Positions 60,670 through 64,000 of a DNA stretch of 64,000 nt are shown here, in pieces; the stretch's first letter is position 1, and each line of letters begins with the position of its first letter. The translations under genes and the position numbers were made by a program. The DNA comes from Bacteroidota bacterium (GTDB lineage: Bacteria; Bacteroidota; Bacteroidia; Chitinophagales; Chitinophagaceae). Below the pieces are notes generated by a model. It ran no database searches. It was not told where the DNA came from and saw only the letters and a list, made by a program, of their open reading frames with translations. The stretch spans positions 8,555-72,554 of the forward strand of contig JAKQEA010000038.1 of assembly GCA_029558715.1 (NCBI GenBank), written 5' to 3'.

Positions 60670-61209
60670 TTATTGAATCATTGTTCTTAATTGTATCAAA
60701 GCACTTCGAATTCTTGTTTTTACTGTTCCCATGGGGATATCCAATGCTTTGGAAATTTCTTCATGGGTAAAACCCTGGAAATACGACATATCTACCAATA
60801 TCCTTAACTCACCTTTTAGTTTTCCCAGTACTTTTTTCAGGCCTACGTCATCTATTGCAGGCCCGGTTACCGCACCTGCAATTTCATTATTTTCAGGCAG
60901 CGACACATTTTTCAGGGAATTGTTATGCCCTTTTGATCTCACCTCATCAATAGCCGCATTACGGGCAATATTCAGCATCCAGGTAAAGAGCCTTCCTTTT
61001 GATGGATCATATGACTCTATTTTGCGCCAGATATTCACAAAAACATTTTGCAATACATCATTAGCAACCTCTCTATCCGTTACGACGGCATTCACAATGC
61101 CATACAGAGCACCAGAATAGTTATCGTACAAATAGCTGAAAGCTTTTTCATTGCGTTGTTGCAACAATAGCACCAGCTCCTGTTCGCTGTATGTAGTGTT
61201 TAGGTTCAA
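60670..61209 (-). CDS. ECF (sigma-70 family) RNA polymerase sigma factor
   Basis: Region 2 (VLQNVFVNIWRK...FTWMLNIARNAAID) and region 4 HTH (SYFQGFTHEEISKALDIPMGTVKTRI). Confidence 0.9.
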   Translation of the reverse strand: MNLNTTYSEQELVLLLQQRNEKAFSYLYDNYSGALYGIVNAVVTDREVANDVLQNVFVNIWRKIESYDPSKGRLFTWMLNIARNAAIDEVRSKGHNNSLKNVSLPENNEIAGAVTGPAIDDVGLKKVLGKLKGELRILVDMSYFQGFTHEEISKALDIPMGTVKTRIRSALIQLRTMIQ

Positions 61210-61283
61210 GTAATTGGTTAAGATGCAATGATTACAAAAATTATTGCATCCTGTTTACTTACGGGGTAAGATAATTTTCAGAT

Positions 61284-61667
61284 TTAACCTACCACAGCTT
61301 CATAGCCTGCGGCATCCATAAGGGCTTCTACGTCAGCAGGATTGGTAACTGTCATTTTTACCATCCAACCTTCTCCATAAGGATCGTTGTTTACCAGTTC
61401 GGGGGCATTGCCAAGGGCGGAATTGAGTTCTGTTATGGTACCGCTCACAGGAAGAAAAAGATCAGATACGGTCTTCACCGCTTCTACAGTGCCGAAAACT
61501 TCACCTGCTTCGAGTTTTTTACCAATTGTATCTACTTCTACATACACTATATCACCCAATTCCCGTTGGGCATAATCAGTGATACCAATAGTGGCAACAT
61601 CACCTTCAAGACTTATCCATTCATGATCTTTTGTGTAACGGAGATTTGCAGGGAAATTCATACTCAT
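61284..61667 (-). CDS. gcvH: Glycine cleavage system protein H
   Basis: YTKDHEWI..., lipoyl-lysine motif VEAVKTVSDL, and GEGWMVK. Confidence 0.93.
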   Translation of the reverse strand: MSMNFPANLRYTKDHEWISLEGDVATIGITDYAQRELGDIVYVEVDTIGKKLEAGEVFGTVEAVKTVSDLFLPVSGTITELNSALGNAPELVNNDPYGEGWMVKMTVTNPADVEALMDAAGYEAVVG

Positions 61668-61853
61668 TGATTTAGAGCTGCAAACCTAAGGGAAAACTGT
61701 GAAAATCAAACTGAGGGATGAATTACCTGTTTTTTATTTCGCCGGAATTTTTACGCCGTTCATGGCAGGTTTTACACCACTGGTCGGGAAACACTTTTAC
61801 AAACCTGTGACACGGGACTACCTTTGTCTTCCTAATCAAAAAGTGTATTGAAT

Positions 61854-64000
61854 ATGAGAAAGTTAGTATCGTTTTCTGTGGTTTTTTTAGTCTTGGCCAA
61901 CCTGGCTATCGCCCAACAAGTAACAGGGGTGGTGAAAGATCAGCAGGGTAAAGGACTTGCAAAAGCAACCATTTCCCTTTTAAAGGCTAAGGATTCGTCA
62001 GTGGTTAAGCTTGTTGTTACCGGCGAGAATGGCCTGTTTTCAGTTACCACAGGTCAGCAGGGAAATTATCTTATAAGTGCATCATATGTTGGTTATGTTC
62101 CAGTTTATTCCCAGGTATTTGAATTATCAGGTTCAGGATCAGTAAATCTTCCTGAGTTAACCATCTCTAAGGCAAAGGGTGATTTGAAAGATGTCACCAT
62201 TACAGCCAAAAAGCCCATAATAGAAGTAAAGGCGGATAAAACAATATTAAATGTGGAAGGAACTATCAATGCAGTAGGTAATGATGCCCTTGAGTTATTG
62301 CGCAAAAGCCCCAGTGTGATGGTAGACAAGGATGATAATATAAGTCTTGCAGGTAAGAATGGGGTACAGGTATATATTGATGGCAAACCCTCTCCGTTAT
62401 CAGGCTCTGATTTGTCTAACTATTTAAAAAGCCTTCAGTCGGCACAGATAGAGGCAATAGAAATTATAACTAACCCATCAGCCAAGTATGAGGCTGCGGG
62501 TAATGCAGGTATAATTAATATAAAATTGAAGAAGAATAAATCATTTGGCACTAACGGATCAGTAAACCTCGGATATGTGCAAGGTACTTATCCCAAATAC
62601 AACGGAGGGTTGAACCTGAACCATCGTAATAAAAGCATCAACGTATTTGGTAATTACAATTACAATAATGGTAAATACCTGATGGAAATGAATTCAGACA
62701 GGGAACAATTTGATACATTGTTTTCTCAGCGGAACCGCATGAAATTTCTTAACAATACACATGGGTTTAAAGCGGGGGTAGACTACTTTATCAATAATAA
62801 AAGCACATTAGGTGTCGTGCTAAACGGTAACCTGGCCAATAATGAATTTAATACAGCCGGACCGATGAATTTCATTTATATGCCTACCGGTCAGACAGAT
62901 CGTATTTTGAAAGCCACGAACAGCAATGATATGAAGAGGGATAACCTGAATACAAACTTAAATTACAGGTATGCAGTTACAGGAGGCACGGAGTTGAATA
63001 TTGATGCTGATTACGGGTTTTTTAAGATCAGGTCAAATCAGTTTCAGCCAAATTATTATTTTGAGCCAGATGGTGTTACTGAAATCAGCAGGACAATTTA
63101 TAACATGATTGCACCGACAAATATTGATCTTTTCTCCTTTAAAACTGATTATGAACAAAATTATAAAGGGGGACGATTAGGTATCGGTGGTAAAATTGGC
63201 ATTGTAAATACTGATAATGATTTTCAACGTTATGATGTATTTACATCCGGTAAGGTGTTAGATACATTAAAAAGTAATCGCTTTAAGTATAAAGAGAATA
63301 TCAATGCTTTATATGTGAACTATAATAAACAGTTGAAGAAGGGTGTTATGGTTCAATTTGGTCTTAGAGCAGAAAATACTCATTCAAGAGGAACTTCAAC
63401 AGGTTTCAGACAGGTAAATACTACTATGGTACCTTATGACTCTACTTTCAAGAGAGATTATACCGATGTGTTCCCCAGTGCAGCAATTACATTCAATAAG
63501 AATCCCATGAAACAATGGACCATTTCTTACAGCCGCCGTATCGACCGCCCGGCCTACCAGGATCTGAATCCATTTGAGTTTAAGCTTAATGAATATACAT
63601 TCATGAAAGGTAATACGTTGCTCAGGCCACAGTACACTAATAGCTTCGATATTACTCATATTTATAAATTCAGGCTGACAACCAAACTTACCTACAGTCA
63701 TGTCAAAGATATTTTTGCTCAGATACCCGATACTGTTGATAAGACAAAAGGGTTTCTGACTAAAAGGAACCTGGCTACACAGGATGTGTTTGCACTGAAT
63801 ATCAGCTATCCCTTCCAATATAAATGGTATAGCTTCTTTGCATCATTGAATTCAAACTACTCTCATTATGTAGCAGACTTTGGCGGTGGTGACAGGAAAG
63901 TTGACCAGTCTGTCTTCTCACTTACCTACTTTATGCAGAACAGTTTTAACCTGGGTAAAGGATGGACCGGTGAATTAAGTGGTTTATTTATTTCTCCTTC
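61854..64000 (+). CDS. Outer membrane beta-barrel / TonB-dependent-receptor-like protein (CarboxypepD_reg N-terminus), truncated by the window edge and not in the ORF track
   Basis: Hand translation from ATG 61854 gives MRKLVSFSVVFLVLANLAIAQQVTGVVKDQQGKGLAKATISLL...YVGYVP...VMVDKDDNISLAGKNGVQVYIDGKP...IEIITNPSAKYEAAGNAGIINIKLKK... The frame stays open to position 64000. Confidence 0.8.
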   Translation, partial: MRKLVSFSVVFLVLANLAIAQQVTGVVKDQQGKGLAKATISLLKAKDSSVVKLVVTGENGLFSVTTGQQGNYLISASYVGYVPVYSQVFELSGSGSVNLPELTISKAKGDLKDVTITAKKPIIEVKADKTILNVEGTINAVGNDALELLRKSPSVMVDKDDNISLAGKNGVQVYIDGKPSPLSGSDLSNYLKSLQSAQIEAIEIITNPSAKYEAAGNAGIINIKLKKNKSFGTNGSVNLGYVQGTYPKYNGGLNLNHRNKSINVFGNYNYNNGKYLMEMNSDREQFDTLFSQRNRMKFLNNTHGFKAGVDYFINNKSTLGVVLNGNLANNEFNTAGPMNFIYMPTGQTDRILKATNSNDMKRDNLNTNLNYRYAVTGGTELNIDADYGFFKIRSNQFQPNYYFEPDGVTEISRTIYNMIAPTNIDLFSFKTDYEQNYKGGRLGIGGKIGIVNTDNDFQRYDVFTSGKVLDTLKSNRFKYKENINALYVNYNKQLKKGVMVQFGLRAENTHSRGTSTGFRQVNTTMVPYDSTFKRDYTDVFPSAAITFNKNPMKQWTISYSRRIDRPAYQDLNPFEFKLNEYTFMKGNTLLRPQYTNSFDITHIYKFRLTTKLTYSHVKDIFAQIPDTVDKTKGFLTKRNLATQDVFALNISYPFQYKWYSFFASLNSNYSHYVADFGGGDRKVDQSVFSLTYFMQNSFNLGKGWTGELSGLFISP

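Noticed and set aside
61668-61853. Possible riboswitch: glycine upstream of gcvH, or cobalamin/TPP upstream of the receptor gene
   Set aside because: Isolated fragments such as CTGAGG...ACCTG and CCACTGG...GGGAAAC are present. The conserved cores are not (TPP GCGTAGGGA-type 3' half, cobalamin GGTG..AA.TCC and B12 box, glycine GGAGAG...CACCG).
62105-63818. Minus-strand ORFs 62105..62386 and 63396..63818
   Set aside because: Both lie antisense within the long open plus-strand outer-membrane receptor gene that the track omits because it has no in-window stop.
1-64000. Search for CRISPR arrays, tRNA/rRNA genes, transposases, integrases, prophage genes or defense-system genes
   Set aside because: No regularly spaced direct repeats, no tRNA-like T-arm/acceptor patterns in the intergenic regions, and no ORF with recombinase, nuclease-helicase or toxin-antitoxin signatures were seen. 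The window looks like core chromosome.

Overview
This is a dense, mostly housekeeping chromosomal segment from a Bacteroidota genome. Gene content suggests a gliding Chitinophagaceae/Sphingobacteriia-type organism: an HU-mutY-ssb-gldE-gldD block, a SusC/SusD pair, a protein with a T9SS C-terminal sorting domain, and many TPR and thioredoxin-fold envelope proteins. I support about 58 protein-coding genes. These include purH, carB, ftsH, alaS, gatB, prfA, recO, lpxH, birA, rsfS, bcp, gcvH and an ECF sigma/anti-sigma pair. Three of them are absent from the ORF track: a 31-aa ultra-basic bS22-like sORF, a 47-aa membrane sORF, and a large outer-membrane beta-barrel gene that runs off the 3' edge. 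I saw no rRNA, tRNA, CRISPR array, transposase, integrase or phage genes, and no riboswitch I could recognise. I do not find a convincing multi-gene novel system. The best leads are small-scale: (1) the hidden bS22-like sORF and the unusually long inverted repeat beside it; (2) a 420-bp gene-free gap with its own terminator, possibly an sRNA or sORF; (3) a 4x heptanucleotide tandem repeat inside an amidohydrolase gene; (4) several conserved-looking proteins of unknown function in tight operon contexts. All family assignments come from reading motifs by eye and from memory of family signatures. No database search was run.
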